Positions 42,367-54,558 are shown, counted from the first letter of the stretch. The stretch: DNA of 64,000 bases from Microcoleus sp. (GCA_042408215.1 JAYFMW010000003.1:32001-96000); one strand, 5' to 3'. Numbers and translations: made by a program. The notes: generated from the letters alone by a model not told the origin.

Positions 42367-42519
42367 ATGCAAGAACCAAAACGCAACGCTTGGAGCTGGG
42401 GCTTCAGCGAAGGAGCCGAAAATTGGAACGGTCGTCTGGCGATGATTGGTTTCTCTGCTGCTGCGATCGTTGAATTGGTTTCCGGTCAAGGCGTGCTTCA
42501 CTTTTGGGGTCTCATCTAA
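42367..42519 (+). CDS. hli: High-light-inducible protein (copy 2)
   Basis: Three aa differences from copy 1. Confidence 0.93.
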   Translation: MQEPKRNAWSWGFSEGAENWNGRLAMIGFSAAAIVELVSGQGVLHFWGLI

Positions 42520-42722
42520 TTTTTGAGTTGATACCTTTCAGATACTGAAAAGTTTGGGAGTTTCTTTCGAGACTCCCAAATTTTTTGTACTGATTTTCGA
42601 CTCGCAGCCAACAGTCAACCGTCAACCGTCAACCGTCAACAGTCAACCGTCAACAGTCAACAATCATTGCTGAGTGCAAACCGAATCCAAATCACTCTTT
42701 TGGGTGATGCTAGGCAAATACT

Positions 42723-43892
42723 CTAGCGGATATATTCTTTTAAGATACTGTTGCGGTTGGGATGGCGCAACTTCCGCAGAGCTTTCGCCTCGATTTGCCT
42801 AATTCGCTCGCGAGTGACGTTAAAGATTTGACCAATTTCCTCCAAGGTCTTCATCCTTCCGTCATCTAAGCCGTAACGCAGTCGTAGCACGTCCCGTTCT
42901 CGGGGGCTGAGAGTATCTAAAACGCTTTCCAAATCTTCGCGGAGCAAATTTTTCGATACTTGGTCTTCTGGGGTTTCGCCGTCAGATTCAATAAAGTCTC
43001 CCAGACGCGAATCTTCTTCTTTGCCGATCGGAGTTTCTAGAGAAATCGGTAACTGCGCGGATTTGGCAATGAAGCGTAACTTCTCGATCGTCATCTCCAT
43101 CTTAGTAGCGATTTCTTCTTCCGTGGGCTTGCGACCCATTTCTTGAGAAAGAAGTTTCGTAGTTTTCTTGATCCGCGAGATGGTTTCGTAAAGGTGAACT
43201 GGTAGACGGATAGTGCGGGATTGATCCGCAATCGCTCTGGTGATGGCTTGACGAATCCACCAAGTCGCGTAAGTTGAGAATTTATAACCTTTTTCGTGGT
43301 CAAATTTTTCCGCCGCCCGAATTAGGCCCAAAGAGCCTTCCTGAATCAAATCTTGGAAAGACAAACCGCGATTCATGTATTTTTTGGCGATCGACACCAC
43401 CAAACGCAGGTTTGACTGTACCATTTTCTCCTTGGCTCGTCGCCCGATGTGGAGTCTGTGACGAAATGCCGGTAGTGCCATTTCCACAGCAGTCGCCCAT
43501 TCATTGTCTTTGGGCTCGCGGTCTAACTCCTCTAGCAGTTGCTCTCTGACTCGCTCCAATTCCAGCAAATCAGCAATCTTACGCGCGAGTTCAATTTCTT
43601 CATCAGCTCGCAACAGTCGAATCCGACCGATTTCTTGCAGGTAAAGCCGAATAGAGTCTTCTGTATAGTGCTTTTTCTTGGCCTGAGCCCGACGGCGGGC
43701 TTTAGCACCTTTAACAGACTTACTATCGTCTTCATCGGGTTGAACGTCTAAAAAGTCATCTCGATCGTCTTCTTCGTCGATAAAGAGTTCCAACTCGCCC
43801 TCGGGTAGAACGCTTTCGGCGTTCCGAAGCAAATCGATTGTTTCCATTTGGGGTTTGATTTTGGTTTCGAGTACAGTGTTAGCCTGGATCAT
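42723..43892 (-). CDS. sigA: Principal RNA polymerase sigma factor
   Basis: [42 protein letters not shown] at 43892. Confidence 0.95.
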   Translation of the reverse strand: MIQANTVLETKIKPQMETIDLLRNAESVLPEGELELFIDEEDDRDDFLDVQPDEDDSKSVKGAKARRRAQAKKKHYTEDSIRLYLQEIGRIRLLRADEEIELARKIADLLELERVREQLLEELDREPKDNEWATAVEMALPAFRHRLHIGRRAKEKMVQSNLRLVVSIAKKYMNRGLSFQDLIQEGSLGLIRAAEKFDHEKGYKFSTYATWWIRQAITRAIADQSRTIRLPVHLYETISRIKKTTKLLSQEMGRKPTEEEIATKMEMTIEKLRFIAKSAQLPISLETPIGKEEDSRLGDFIESDGETPEDQVSKNLLREDLESVLDTLSPRERDVLRLRYGLDDGRMKTLEEIGQIFNVTRERIRQIEAKALRKLRHPNRNSILKEYIR

Positions 43893-45440
43893 GCTGCCTT
43901 CCTCATGCTCCTGAATGGAAGAATAAATAACAGTGGAAAGTGTCTCTTTGTAGTTTAGACAAGTTAGCGAGTATTGGCATTCCCGCAGCAAGAAATATTC
44001 GGATTTTCGACTTACAAGCCGACAATGCACCAGTTTTAGCAGTGCAGGTTCGAGTTTTGGCGTGAAATCGCAATCGCATTCAATCGATCGCCAACATCAG
44101 AGTCGCGACATGAAATCGAGTGTTTTGCTTTTTCTTTCGCAGCTATTTACCATAGGAGCTGCGATACCTAACGAGCGAAGGAGCGAACCTAGAGATGGGA
44201 GCGCTCACATCTCTACAAATACTGGCTTTTCTACTTGGTACTTCGAGCTTTTACCCGTACAAGTTTTCCTGTACGGAACTCTAACTTCTGCTTGACAAGT
44301 GTTTAACTTTTGGTTCGCTTGCTGCTTTCACTCTAATCACTAGACATCACAGTTCCCAGGCGATTTTTCGCCACCTTGGATGTCCGTCTGCTGCCTAAAA
44401 TGCAACAACTTTGAGTCTAAGTACCGAACGGTGAGTCTTGGATATGGCAAAGACCTTTCCGATTGTAACCTTTCTTACCAAAAATGGATGTTGTTTTCCA
44501 TTATTTGTCAAGAACTCGGAAAGCCCTGTTAGCTTAGCTTGACAAGGCCGACTAATGTCAACCTCAGCTAAATCCTGAGAATCATCCGCAAGAACTTTGA
44601 TACTTGGCGGCGGTGTTGTTTTCTGCGAAGATCTGGGTGAACGGCTGCGGCGTAGTAGGTCAGAAATTTAGCAGACTGTTTTTGACTTGCCGGAATTCCG
44701 GCCAATGCAATCCGTGTAGATGCACCCATCTTTATCCTGTTTCCCTGAATTGAATCATACGCAATTTGCGATCGAATAAAGCTCGTAGCTTTAGTTGTGA
44801 CTCGGCTACTCTGGATTAGAGACCGAAAATTACCCCAAATGAAGCGTTGCGGGTTTAGTAGTGCAACAGGGGGCTTTCTTTGTTAAGTTAGCTCAAATCT
44901 CCGAAATAGGATCTAATTTTAACGTTAAATCACATTAAGTTCTTAACGTCACATTCTCATTTAAGCAGTTCGACGGGAGTTTGTCGCGTCGGGGGTAAAA
45001 GCCATCCGGATAAATTCTACTGAGAATTCCCCCAAATGGCAACTCCAGGCTGCAAACTTGTCAATGATTTGTTGAGTTTCGGCGAACACCTGTGCGATCG
45101 CACCCTCTCAGAAACCACACAATTCGCCATCTCCCAGCAGCACAACTTCTCAGTTCCTTTAAATATATCGTTACAATGTGCAGATTCGATTAAGACGTTT
45201 CATAAATTTTAGGTAAAATTACCCAATTGTCTTGAATCGTCACGATCGCCCGGTACTGTTACCCATCCGATTCTGCTGGATGAGCTTAAGGATGTTGATG
45301 GTAGGGCGGTGGTGCGTGCGATCGGACTTTTGTGACATTTCTTTACAACTTGTCCTCCGAAAGCTTAACCTCTAAATCATCGATCGCACTCCTAGCTCAG
45401 CAATGAATCGAGCAAAAATTGTCTATAAAGTTGATTATAC

Positions 45441-46067
45441 CTACTGAGTATTGATGCTTTCTAATAAACCTTGACAAAAGAATTGGAAGCTTTTAGAGCG
45501 ATTTGATTCAGGATTCATATATTGAGAAATTTCGCTAGATGCTTTATATTTTTCCAATCCTCCCTGATGATATCCTGCTTTTTTTAAGACTCTTTCTAAA
45601 GCCTCCCAGGTGCCTCCTTTGATAGCATCAGGATCTCGATATGGTTCTTGATTAGCTAAATTGGTAGAAACTTTAGGAGTAGCTCGACAAATTGCATCAA
45701 CATCGCCGAAAAACCACGCTTCTAATTCTTCAACCACAATTCGATTTAATAATTGAAATGATTTATCTTTTTTACAGGAAGATTTAGCGATCGATCCGGC
45801 TAATATTGCTATGTCTTCTAATTGTTTTTTTAATCTTAGACAATCTTCTCTATCTTCATCTATTAAAATAACAATTTTCCAATCAGGCGGAAGCCATGCT
45901 CGATCACCTTTCAAACGATTAGGCAATTTACAAATTAAATCATCTTTCCCTCGAAAAGCATGAATTTTAAATGTAACAGTCGATGGCAATATTTTCGGCA
46001 AAAGCTGGGTTAAAGCTGATTCTAGGGATGCTTCTTCCACTAAAAACTCAAAATGCAAAATACTCAC
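45441..46067 (-). CDS. DUF4276-family (TOPRIM-like) protein
   Basis: FLVEEAS, DED, EELEAWFFGD, NRSKSF. Confidence 0.8.
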   Translation of the reverse strand: MSILHFEFLVEEASLESALTQLLPKILPSTVTFKIHAFRGKDDLICKLPNRLKGDRAWLPPDWKIVILIDEDREDCLRLKKQLEDIAILAGSIAKSSCKKDKSFQLLNRIVVEELEAWFFGDVDAICRATPKVSTNLANQEPYRDPDAIKGGTWEALERVLKKAGYHQGGLEKYKASSEISQYMNPESNRSKSFQFFCQGLLESINTQ

Positions 46068-46073
46068 CTCCTC

Positions 46074-47294
46074 TTAATTCTTAGGTTTCAATGATTGAGT
46101 AACACCCCCATTTTTGAGAGGATTTCCCACATCAAAAAAATCTTCCATCCACAGCGAACCAAGTAATGCACCATGATTCATGAATTCTTTTACTCCCTGC
46201 ATATCTGCGGTTCGCTTTGCTTGAGTAAAACCTTTTTCATCTCGATATAATACCCATAATTCCTCTGGCTTTAAACTATCCACAAAAAAAGGAGAATGGG
46301 TTGTTACCATTAATTGAGTATTAGCAGAAGCCGAACGACATTCTTCAGCAAGTTGAGGTAATAAACGCGGATGTAAATGATTTTCTGGTTCTTCTATTCC
46401 CACTAATTGCGGTGGATTTGGGTCAAATAATACTGTTAGATAAGCTAAGAGTTTTAACGTACCATCGGAGGCAAATTTTGCCAGAATAGGATGAGAAAAA
46501 GGAGCATCTTTAATTTCCCACAAAAGTCTGCCATCTTGCATAATAGATGCTTCGACTTTTTCCAGGCGTGGAATACGATCGGAAAGGGTTTTTAATATTT
46601 CTTCTAACCGTTGAGGATGTTGTTCTTTTAGGTATTGAATAACATTAGGTAAATTGTCACCAGTGGGAGATAATCTTTCCATTGCGCCTGCTTCGGGAAG
46701 ACTGCGGGTATGATCGGCGGTTAAATAGGATAAATACCAACCTGTAATAAAACGTCTTAAAGCACTAACACGGGGATGTTTGGCAAATTGTCCTAAAGTA
46801 TTTACTGCTAATAATTCAGATGATGCTAGTTGTTCGGTAATCCTTTCGCCTTCTTCATCAGGACTTTCGCCACTAATGACTTGTCCTTCGCCTTTTTTGA
46901 AATCTAAAAAGCGAAAGGGTTTTCCAGATTTTCCGCGCCGCCAGTGTAACCATTCTTCAGCGATGAAAGGACGATTATTTTCCTCATCTATGGCGAGATG
47001 ATAGGTGATTAACGGTGATTTTGATGTCTCTCGATATTTTAATTCAATAATGATGCAGCCTGTACTATCTCTGGTGCGTAATTCTCGAAATCTGCCCCTT
47101 CTATCCCAGGCTTTTCTGAGGCTTTCGGTGAAACATTCAGAGAGGAAAGCGAAAACATCAAAAATAGTTGATTTCCCGCTACCATTGGGCCCTAGAAATA
47201 CGGTTAAGGGGGTAAGATTTTTGAGTTCTAGATTATGCAAAGCTCGGTAATTTTGAACTTTGAGATATTCTATACGGGGAATATTTTTATTCAT
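46074..47294 (-). CDS. AAA_21/ABC-type ATPase
   Basis: [29 protein letters not shown]. Confidence 0.9.
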   Translation of the reverse strand: MNKNIPRIEYLKVQNYRALHNLELKNLTPLTVFLGPNGSGKSTIFDVFAFLSECFTESLRKAWDRRGRFRELRTRDSTGCIIIELKYRETSKSPLITYHLAIDEENNRPFIAEEWLHWRRGKSGKPFRFLDFKKGEGQVISGESPDEEGERITEQLASSELLAVNTLGQFAKHPRVSALRRFITGWYLSYLTADHTRSLPEAGAMERLSPTGDNLPNVIQYLKEQHPQRLEEILKTLSDRIPRLEKVEASIMQDGRLLWEIKDAPFSHPILAKFASDGTLKLLAYLTVLFDPNPPQLVGIEEPENHLHPRLLPQLAEECRSASANTQLMVTTHSPFFVDSLKPEELWVLYRDEKGFTQAKRTADMQGVKEFMNHGALLGSLWMEDFFDVGNPLKNGGVTQSLKPKN

Positions 47295-47366
47295 CTGTCT
47301 TCCCCCTTGGATACCCGCACAGTACCTGTACTCAGGTCAGTGACGGGAGGAAAAGGGGGGCAAGGT

Positions 47367-48638
47367 TTATGCTGCATAAGAATAGCCATCCTTTCTCTGA
47401 ATAGTCGAACAATATTTGTAGCTAATTCCCGACACCAATTCTGATGCAGAAATATTGAATGAACCGCTCGCTCTAACTGCAACACGACCAATATAAGTGC
47501 CGATTTTCTTTCCAGAAGTAACTATCGCTTTCACGATGTCACCCGTTTGAAAACCTTTGACAAACTTAAGTCTAGGGACGTATCGAGACGGGAACCCAAA
47601 TTTGTCAGTGCGGCACATTTGGCGCGTTCCATGTCCAGTAGCTTTGATTAACAAAGGTTTGCTGGTTAGAATCTCCAAAGATTCAACCGACCCAACACAA
47701 GCGGCATCTAACCAGTGAGTTTTAGATAAATTCAACCGAGTGCGATTGAACTTGGTTAAACCGCCACTGCCAGTAGAGACAGGCAAACCAGTTTCCTTGA
47801 GTCGATTAAACAATGCCCAGCGAGTTGAATTGACGGCCGCCGCATCTTTTAAAGGACGCTTTGCCTGAGACAAAATTAGCTTTAAAACCTCTGGCTTTTT
47901 AGCTAGGAACTGCTCAATATTTTGAGCTCCTTTCTTGAGATTGCACTTTTCACAAGCCAGGCAAAGATTAGATATCCGGTTAGTACCGCCCTGAGTTTTG
48001 GGATGAATATGCTCAACTTGTAATGGCACATTTTCAACGCCACAGTAAGCACACTTTCTATCCCATTTGTTAAGGAGATACTCGCGGACTTCGTAACCAA
48101 ACAAAGTGCCTTGTTGATACTCAAACCCAGAAATTTCTGGGTTCTCTAATTGCTGCAAATCGAACCGTACAAGTTCTTGAACAATCTTGTTAATGGGCGC
48201 AAGCTTAATCAGTTTTTTCACCCAAGTTAAAGTTGTCTCAACCCGATGGTTCAGGCAAGGAGCTAACCAACCTTTAGGGCGCGTCCGGTTCAAAAATCTG
48301 GCTGGGCGATAACGAGTATGGCGATTGCGCCGCCCCCTCCGTATTGAGCGGCGGGATTCTAAACTAGCTTTAATAGCTTGACCCCGATGGGTTAGTTCAG
48401 CACCCCATAAGACTTTTTCTCCTTGAACTAAGGCGATACCAGTTGTTTGAGAACCAGGATCTATTTTTAAGGTGATTGGTTCTGGAGTTGCTGTTACTTC
48501 CACTTTGAGGATTATGGTAAATGGATACCTTTTGAAAACAGCCGCTTTGCCAGTAGTTAGTAACTTACGAGCCATTCCTGGTCGTATTAGATTGAGTGGT
48601 CGTTTCTGGGTATCAAGTACGAAAACAAAATTAGACAT
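47367..48638 (-). CDS. iscB: RNA-guided endonuclease IscB
   Basis: PLMP-like N-terminus, IDPGS RuvC-I, Arg-rich bridge helix, ELVRFD, CAYC..EHIHP..NL..C..CN HNH, HWLDAAC. Confidence 0.95.
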   Translation of the reverse strand: MSNFVFVLDTQKRPLNLIRPGMARKLLTTGKAAVFKRYPFTIILKVEVTATPEPITLKIDPGSQTTGIALVQGEKVLWGAELTHRGQAIKASLESRRSIRRGRRNRHTRYRPARFLNRTRPKGWLAPCLNHRVETTLTWVKKLIKLAPINKIVQELVRFDLQQLENPEISGFEYQQGTLFGYEVREYLLNKWDRKCAYCGVENVPLQVEHIHPKTQGGTNRISNLCLACEKCNLKKGAQNIEQFLAKKPEVLKLILSQAKRPLKDAAAVNSTRWALFNRLKETGLPVSTGSGGLTKFNRTRLNLSKTHWLDAACVGSVESLEILTSKPLLIKATGHGTRQMCRTDKFGFPSRYVPRLKFVKGFQTGDIVKAIVTSGKKIGTYIGRVAVRASGSFNISASELVSGISYKYCSTIQRKDGYSYAA

Positions 48639-48639
48639 T

Positions 48640-48886
48640 TTAAGTCCTCCCTTGCGGGGTAAGGTTAGCTTCGTCAATGTTTAAGGTCGGTACTATCTCA
48701 AAAGCACTGGGTTAACCCTTACCCCTGTTTAACTTTTAAGTTCTAGTGCAGAAAACTAGCTTCGCATTCTCTGGTAGGTACTTTAACGCTTACCTTAAAC
48801 GTAGTGATTTAACACTTAGACTGGTCAACTTGGCGAATTTATTGCCCCCACTATATCGGTACTCCGATTAGTGGCGGGTAGTTGAC
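48640..48886 (-). ncRNA. IscB omegaRNA scaffold
   Basis: GACCAGTCTAAG..CTACGTT..GAATGCGAAGCTAGTT..ACATTGACGAAGCTAAC..CCCGCAAGGGAG directly upstream of iscB. Confidence 0.85.
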
Positions 48887-49059
48887 TTCACCTCCTTAAC
48901 TATACTTGCTGTTTGTTGATGGAAATTATATCGTTTACGGTTTTTTCTGGATGATTGAACCGCAGAGGGCGCAGAGGGCGCAGAGGAAAAGAAGGGAGAG
49001 ATGAAATTAGGTCATCTTGAGCGACGAGCATTACCATCTATCACCAGCGAAACACATGA

Positions 49060-49941
49060 TTATTGATTTCGCAGTTTAGGATTGACAAACTCATTCAATC
49101 CTTCTCCCACCAAAGACAATCCTACTACCATTAAAGTCATTGCCAAACCGGGAAATAAAGCTGTCCACCAAATGCCGGTAGGTAGCGCATCCAGGGCTAA
49201 ACGCAAATCGTGTCCCCATTCTGGGGTTTCTTCGGGAAGTCCCAAACCGAGAAATCCTAAACCCCCCAAGGTTAAAATTGCATCGGCGGCGTTGAGTGCA
49301 AACAGCACCGGTACGCTCTGAATCACATTCAGAAACAGATAGCGATAAAGCACTGTCCAAGTATCCGCACCCATTGCTCTAGCGGCTTCGACAAAGAGTT
49401 CGGTTTTGACACTGGCGGTGTGATTTCTGACGACGCGGTAGTATTGAGGAATGTAGGAGATGCTCAGGGCGATCGCAGCATTCAAAACTCCTTTCCCTAC
49501 GACAAACGCCAGAGTCAAAGAAAGCAGCAATCCCGGCAAAGTATAAATGGTATCCATTAAAAATAACAAGATGCGATCGAGCTTACCGCCCAAATAGCCG
49601 CTAACCAATCCCAACGGTACACCGATAAACAAACTCAAAGCCGTAGCTAGAATTACCACTTGCCAAGCAGCGCGAGAAGCAAAAAGCGTCCGAGAAAAAA
49701 CATCATAGCCACTGCGGCTAGTACCAAACCAGTAACTCGCCGATGGTGGTTCATGGATAGGGTTAATCAAAGCATCTGTAGGATTTTGCAGCCATCCCCA
49801 AGTCTGCATAGCTGGAGACAAGGTAGCAATCAATACAAACACAGCAGTTATTGCCAAACCCACCCACATCATTTTCATTGACAGGTTTGACGGGGCGGCA
49901 AGGTTGAGAAATCTCGGTAGTCGGAGGCGGCTTTGAGCCAT
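49060..49941 (-). CDS. Peptide ABC transporter permease (DppC/OppC)
   Basis: WFGT...DVFSR, EAARAMGA, LGFLGLG..PEWG. Confidence 0.92.
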   Translation of the reverse strand: MAQSRLRLPRFLNLAAPSNLSMKMMWVGLAITAVFVLIATLSPAMQTWGWLQNPTDALINPIHEPPSASYWFGTSRSGYDVFSRTLFASRAAWQVVILATALSLFIGVPLGLVSGYLGGKLDRILLFLMDTIYTLPGLLLSLTLAFVVGKGVLNAAIALSISYIPQYYRVVRNHTASVKTELFVEAARAMGADTWTVLYRYLFLNVIQSVPVLFALNAADAILTLGGLGFLGLGLPEETPEWGHDLRLALDALPTGIWWTALFPGLAMTLMVVGLSLVGEGLNEFVNPKLRNQ

Positions 49942-50221
49942 AGTTGCTATATATATACAATTCTAGACTTTTAGATTCTAGTAGGAGCAAGGCTAAAAAA
50001 CCCGGTTTCTCTCCAAAATCATCTAGGTTTTACCCAAAACTGTTGGAAACCGGGTTTTTGGTTGCTGTGCAATATCAAATCCGCTGGTATCATCCTGTAC
50101 TCATTTCTCTCTTCTCTTCCTCTGCGCCCTCTGCGCCCTCTGTGGTTAAATCACTCCGATCCAACCAGAATTGATACAATATCAAATTCGTTGACATCGG
50201 AATCATTCACCCCTCTCTTCT

Positions 50222-51586
50222 CTACAAATTGCTAGCAATTAACTCACGATACTGGCTTTTTGGCTTAACTCCTTTGAGCTCCGTCACCAAAGCCTTGTCT
50301 TTGAAATACTGAATCGTCGGTGTTCCAACAATACCAGCATTCTCAGCAATTTCTGGATCTTCTTCGATATCAATTTCGACGTAGTGAATTTTGCCGTCGA
50401 ACTCATCTACGACTTTGCTCAAAATTGGCTTGAGACTGTGACAAGGTCCACAAGTCGGAGAGGAATATTTGACCACAATCAGTCGATCGCTATCGTGGAA
50501 CAACTTCCGCAAAGCATAACCTCCTTCGTGTCGCGTCTCTTTGATATCAAAGTTCTCGCTAGTTTCCCGCACTTTTGGAGTTTCCGCTGCTACTGCGGGT
50601 TGTTCCGATTGCTCAGTTTGATGGAATTCCTGGGTTAAACCATTAGCCGAGAGCCACCTTTCTGCAAGCATCGCACCCATACAACCACTGCCTGCTGCGG
50701 TGATTGCTTGGCGAAACTCGTGGTCTTGGACATCGCCGACGGCGTAAACTCCCTCGACGCTGGTTTCTACGGAGCCATGTTTTGGAACAATGTAGCCGAT
50801 TTGGTCGAGTTCTAGTTGACCTTGGAATAAAACAGTATTGGGAGTGTGACCGATCGCATAAAACAACCCATTCACAGGCAAATTGGTTTCTTCGCCAGTT
50901 TCGGTATGTCTGACTTTAATCCCTTCAAGTTTACCATTGCCGTAAACATCCACAGGCTCGGTATTCCAGTGCACGGTAATTTTGGGATTGTTCAAAACCC
51001 GGTCTTGCATAGCTTTGCTGGCTCGCATGGATGATGAGCGCACCAACATATGAACGCGAGAACCATATTTGGTTAGATAAACTCCTTCTTCTGCTGCTGT
51101 GTCGCCGCCACCGACTACTGCTAATTCTACGTTTTTGAATATCGGTGTTGCTCCGTCGCAAATCGCACAGGCAGATATTCCTAAATTCCAGTATTTTTCT
51201 TCGTTTGGTAAGTGCAGTCGTTTGGCTGTTGCGCCTGTAGCTATGACTATGGTGTGGGTTTTGATTTCTCGATCGTCCGATCGCACTGTAAACGGCCGCT
51301 GGCTAAAATCCACCGAAATTACATCTTCTGTGTATAACTCGGCACCCCAACGCACTGCTTGAGCTTTCATCCGATCCATGAGTTCTGGCCCGGTGATGCC
51401 TTCGGGGAAGCCGGGGAAGTTTTCTACTTCTGTGGTGGTCATCAGTTGACCGCCGGGAATGCCTCCCATTTGGTAGCCTTCAAAGACTATGGGTTTCAGG
51501 TTTGCTCTCCCGGCGTAGATGGCTGCTGTGTAGCCTGCGGGGCCTGAGCCGATAATTACTAGGTTTTCTACGGTTTGTTTGGTCAT
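50222..51586 (-). CDS. ntrC: NADPH-thioredoxin reductase C (TrxB-thioredoxin fusion)
   Basis: GSGPAG, CAIC reductase site, C-terminal CGPC thioredoxin domain. Confidence 0.92.
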   Translation of the reverse strand: MTKQTVENLVIIGSGPAGYTAAIYAGRANLKPIVFEGYQMGGIPGGQLMTTTEVENFPGFPEGITGPELMDRMKAQAVRWGAELYTEDVISVDFSQRPFTVRSDDREIKTHTIVIATGATAKRLHLPNEEKYWNLGISACAICDGATPIFKNVELAVVGGGDTAAEEGVYLTKYGSRVHMLVRSSSMRASKAMQDRVLNNPKITVHWNTEPVDVYGNGKLEGIKVRHTETGEETNLPVNGLFYAIGHTPNTVLFQGQLELDQIGYIVPKHGSVETSVEGVYAVGDVQDHEFRQAITAAGSGCMGAMLAERWLSANGLTQEFHQTEQSEQPAVAAETPKVRETSENFDIKETRHEGGYALRKLFHDSDRLIVVKYSSPTCGPCHSLKPILSKVVDEFDGKIHYVEIDIEEDPEIAENAGIVGTPTIQYFKDKALVTELKGVKPKSQYRELIASNL

Positions 51587-52362
51587 AGCTATTTACTTGA
51601 ACTCATAACGACTTCGTTTAATTAATGGTAGCAGAAATCCAGCATATTTCTATTTTTGAGGGGTTGAGGGCGATCGGGGCAATTCAAGCTGGTTTGATAA
51701 GTAAAAACAATAGGATAACTAATTTTGTTTTAAATGTTCAATCAATTGCCGAAAACCCCCAAAAATTACCATCCTTCACTATTGATTCCATTCTCATTTA
51801 CTTGACGAATCTGCGCCGTTTGAGCTATTATACAATTCTGATACTCAAGCGGTGCTATGACTATTTTTTGACGCTTAGCCTGAAACCCTTTCAGTGCATG
51901 GAATAAGCCAAATCTATAAATGCGATAATGACAATTTTTTATGTAAAATACGCATATTGACACGTTAAGAATTGTAACTAAATTTTTGGCAAATTTGACA
52001 AATTACGGGTATTGTGATATGAAAGGTGCGATCGGGCAAAATTAGAGCGAAATTTTTACTTTCTTCCCGGTAAAAGATTATCTACTTCTTCCTTCGTGTC
52101 CTTCGCGTCTTCGCGGTTCAATAACATGAATTCCTCTGGTTATGAAAAGACTAATTGCTTCGGAAGCACAGGCGGGACGCCCGTGCCACGATTAACATAG
52201 AATTTTGTAGTTGTGTCTAAATGGATAAAACTAAGATAAGGTAAGAAAGTGATTTGTCTGCAAATCCCGGACAATTACGAATATATGGAACCGGAGTTAG
52301 TCGAGCTTTTGCAGGCGAAGCTAAACCCCTATATGGAAATGCCAGATAACGAGATAAATTTT

Positions 52363-53046
52363 ATGCAGCGAGTTTTGGAACCGGAAGTTATGGATTCTTT
52401 GGAAGAGGCCCTAGAATACGATTCGATGGACTTTACTCAGGTTAATGCTGCTTTTGCTAGGAGTGCGGCTGTCTTGGGGCCGGTTTTTGGAAACGTTTTG
52501 GATGCTGGGACTGGTACCGCGAGAATTCCGATCGCACTTTATGAACTTCGGCCAGCATGGAAATTGACTTGCATTGATTTGTCGGCAAATATGCTGAAAG
52601 TGGCGGCAGAGAATGTGGAAAAGGCCGGAGTGCGATCGCAAATTAGTCTCGAATTGATTGATGCTAAGGCAATGCCTTATCCTGACAACTGTTTTGACAT
52701 GGTGATTTCCAACAGCATTATCCACCATTTGCCCGATCCGCTGCCGTTTTTGCGGGAAGTCCAGCGGGTGTTGAAACCGAACGGAGCAATATTTTTGCGG
52801 GATTTGCGGAGGCCGGAAACACTCGAAATCAGGGATAATTTAGTCGAGCTTTACGCGGGAGATTGCAACGCGCATCAAAAACAGTTATTCAGCGATTCCC
52901 TACAGGCGGCTTTTACTCTGGATGAAGTTGAGACTATGATCCAAAATGCCGGGTTGGATGGGTTGAGGATTTATGCATCGTCCGACAGACACTGGACGGC
53001 CGAACGTGCTTGGAGTGAAGTTTTGATTGTGGGCGATCGAGCTTAA
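52363..53046 (+). CDS. Class I SAM-dependent methyltransferase (start uncertain, could be up to 52249)
   Basis: VLDAGTGT, FDMVISNSIIHH, RVLKPNG. Confidence 0.88.
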   Translation: MQRVLEPEVMDSLEEALEYDSMDFTQVNAAFARSAAVLGPVFGNVLDAGTGTARIPIALYELRPAWKLTCIDLSANMLKVAAENVEKAGVRSQISLELIDAKAMPYPDNCFDMVISNSIIHHLPDPLPFLREVQRVLKPNGAIFLRDLRRPETLEIRDNLVELYAGDCNAHQKQLFSDSLQAAFTLDEVETMIQNAGLDGLRIYASSDRHWTAERAWSEVLIVGDRA

Positions 53047-53067
53047 CCTGCATTGATGTACACTCGC

Positions 53068-54186
53068 CTAGCTATCTAATTTTATGACATCTAGAATTAC
53101 TCGATCGCGCCCTTGGTCTTTAGCCAGATAAAGCGCACGGTCTGCTGCTGCAATCAAGTTTTCCTTGGAAGTAGATGATCGAGGAAAGGTACTCGCTACC
53201 CCCAAACTTAGCGTCACGAAAGAACACACCGCCGAATTAATGTGTTCGATTTCTAGTTTTTTTACCCAAACTCGAATTTGCTCTGCAATCCAGGCGGCAA
53301 CATCAGATGAAGTCCGAGGCAAAATTACCGCAAATTCCTCACCTCCGTAACGGGCTACCAGTTTTTCCCCCGAAACTTCGCCGGTGGAGCAATTTACAGA
53401 TTCAACCATAGCTTTGACCACCTGTTGCAAACAAGCATCTCCAGCCTGATGTCCATAAGTATCGTTGTATTTCTTAAAAAAGTCAATATCGCATAAAATT
53501 AGAGATAATTCTGCTCCTGCTTCCTCTAATTCCTCCCACTCTTGCTCTAAATATTCATTAAAACGATGGCGATTTGCTACCTGAGTTAAGCCATCTGATT
53601 TAGCAAGGCGATATAATTCGGAATTAGCAACTTCTAACTCAGACTTAGTGACAGCTAAATTGTAATAAAGTTCGCTAATATACCAAGTAGCTTGTTGGTG
53701 AATTTGCGATAAAGCTAGCAGCACTTGATGTACGTCTAACAGTCTGTAAACTTGAGGTTCGAGCTGGACGACAATCGGCTCATAAAGCTGTTCCGGGGGT
53801 TGCTGCACAGCTCGCTGAGCAGCCATGACAATTAAGGCTACTCCTGGTAAAATTAAAGTATCTGTTTGAGCAATGTGATACAGAGCTACAATCGGTCGGT
53901 AAGCAAATACATCTACTCCGTAAGGGCGACTCATGTACTCCATAAATCTTCGCCTGGATAGCATACCTAAAAATTCGCCTTTTTCCATCAATATCACTCC
54001 CGGAAGCAACGGGTAATCTCGAAACAACTGAGCTACTTCTTTGTTTAAGTAAGAGGATTCAACCTGAAAATTGAATAGCGATAAATCCTTAAGGGTGGAC
54101 TCTAAAGAGAGAGTTTCCGGTAGTTTCTCTGGCCAAATAGGTGGCGGGCTAAATTCAACAGACACAACGTATACCCGAATGAACAA
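53068..54186 (-). CDS. Diguanylate cyclase with a CBS-like N-terminus (start uncertain)
   Basis: DGLTQVANR, DIDFFKKYND, RYGGEEF. Confidence 0.9.
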   Translation of the reverse strand: MFIRVYVVSVEFSPPPIWPEKLPETLSLESTLKDLSLFNFQVESSYLNKEVAQLFRDYPLLPGVILMEKGEFLGMLSRRRFMEYMSRPYGVDVFAYRPIVALYHIAQTDTLILPGVALIVMAAQRAVQQPPEQLYEPIVVQLEPQVYRLLDVHQVLLALSQIHQQATWYISELYYNLAVTKSELEVANSELYRLAKSDGLTQVANRHRFNEYLEQEWEELEEAGAELSLILCDIDFFKKYNDTYGHQAGDACLQQVVKAMVESVNCSTGEVSGEKLVARYGGEEFAVILPRTSSDVAAWIAEQIRVWVKKLEIEHINSAVCSFVTLSLGVASTFPRSSTSKENLIAAADRALYLAKDQGRDRVILDVIKLDS

Positions 54187-54558
54187 TACACTGGCAACGA
54201 AGCTAATGTCAGATATTAACTTATATTAACATTAGTAGGTTGGCATCAACTGTATTCTTGATTACACAGCTTTTGAGCGAGATCGTGCTGTGTTAGTAGC
54301 TAGCATCCCTGTCTTGCATTAATTAATACTCACTCAACCAGAGAAGTTTTAACTTATTACTCAAGTTGTGAGGATTAAATTTTAATCACGAACATATACT
54401 CCCTGGATTCAGGAGAGTTTGTTGTCCTTCAACTAAGTCTTGGTAAATATACCAGTAAGCGCCAAACATTCTGGTATGAAAATTTGGGTTTTCTGCAAGA
54501 ATTTATGAAAGGAAGTCTTCGCCCCTACACAATTGGGATGCTCCCTTCCCTCGCTCCC

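Larger units (their letters stand above)
47295..48886 (-). mobile_element. IscB-encoding IS200/IS605 element (no tnpA)
   Basis: Starts GTCAACTACCCGCCAC, then omegaRNA, iscB and a terminal hairpin region ending GAAGACAG before ATGA. Confidence 0.9.
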
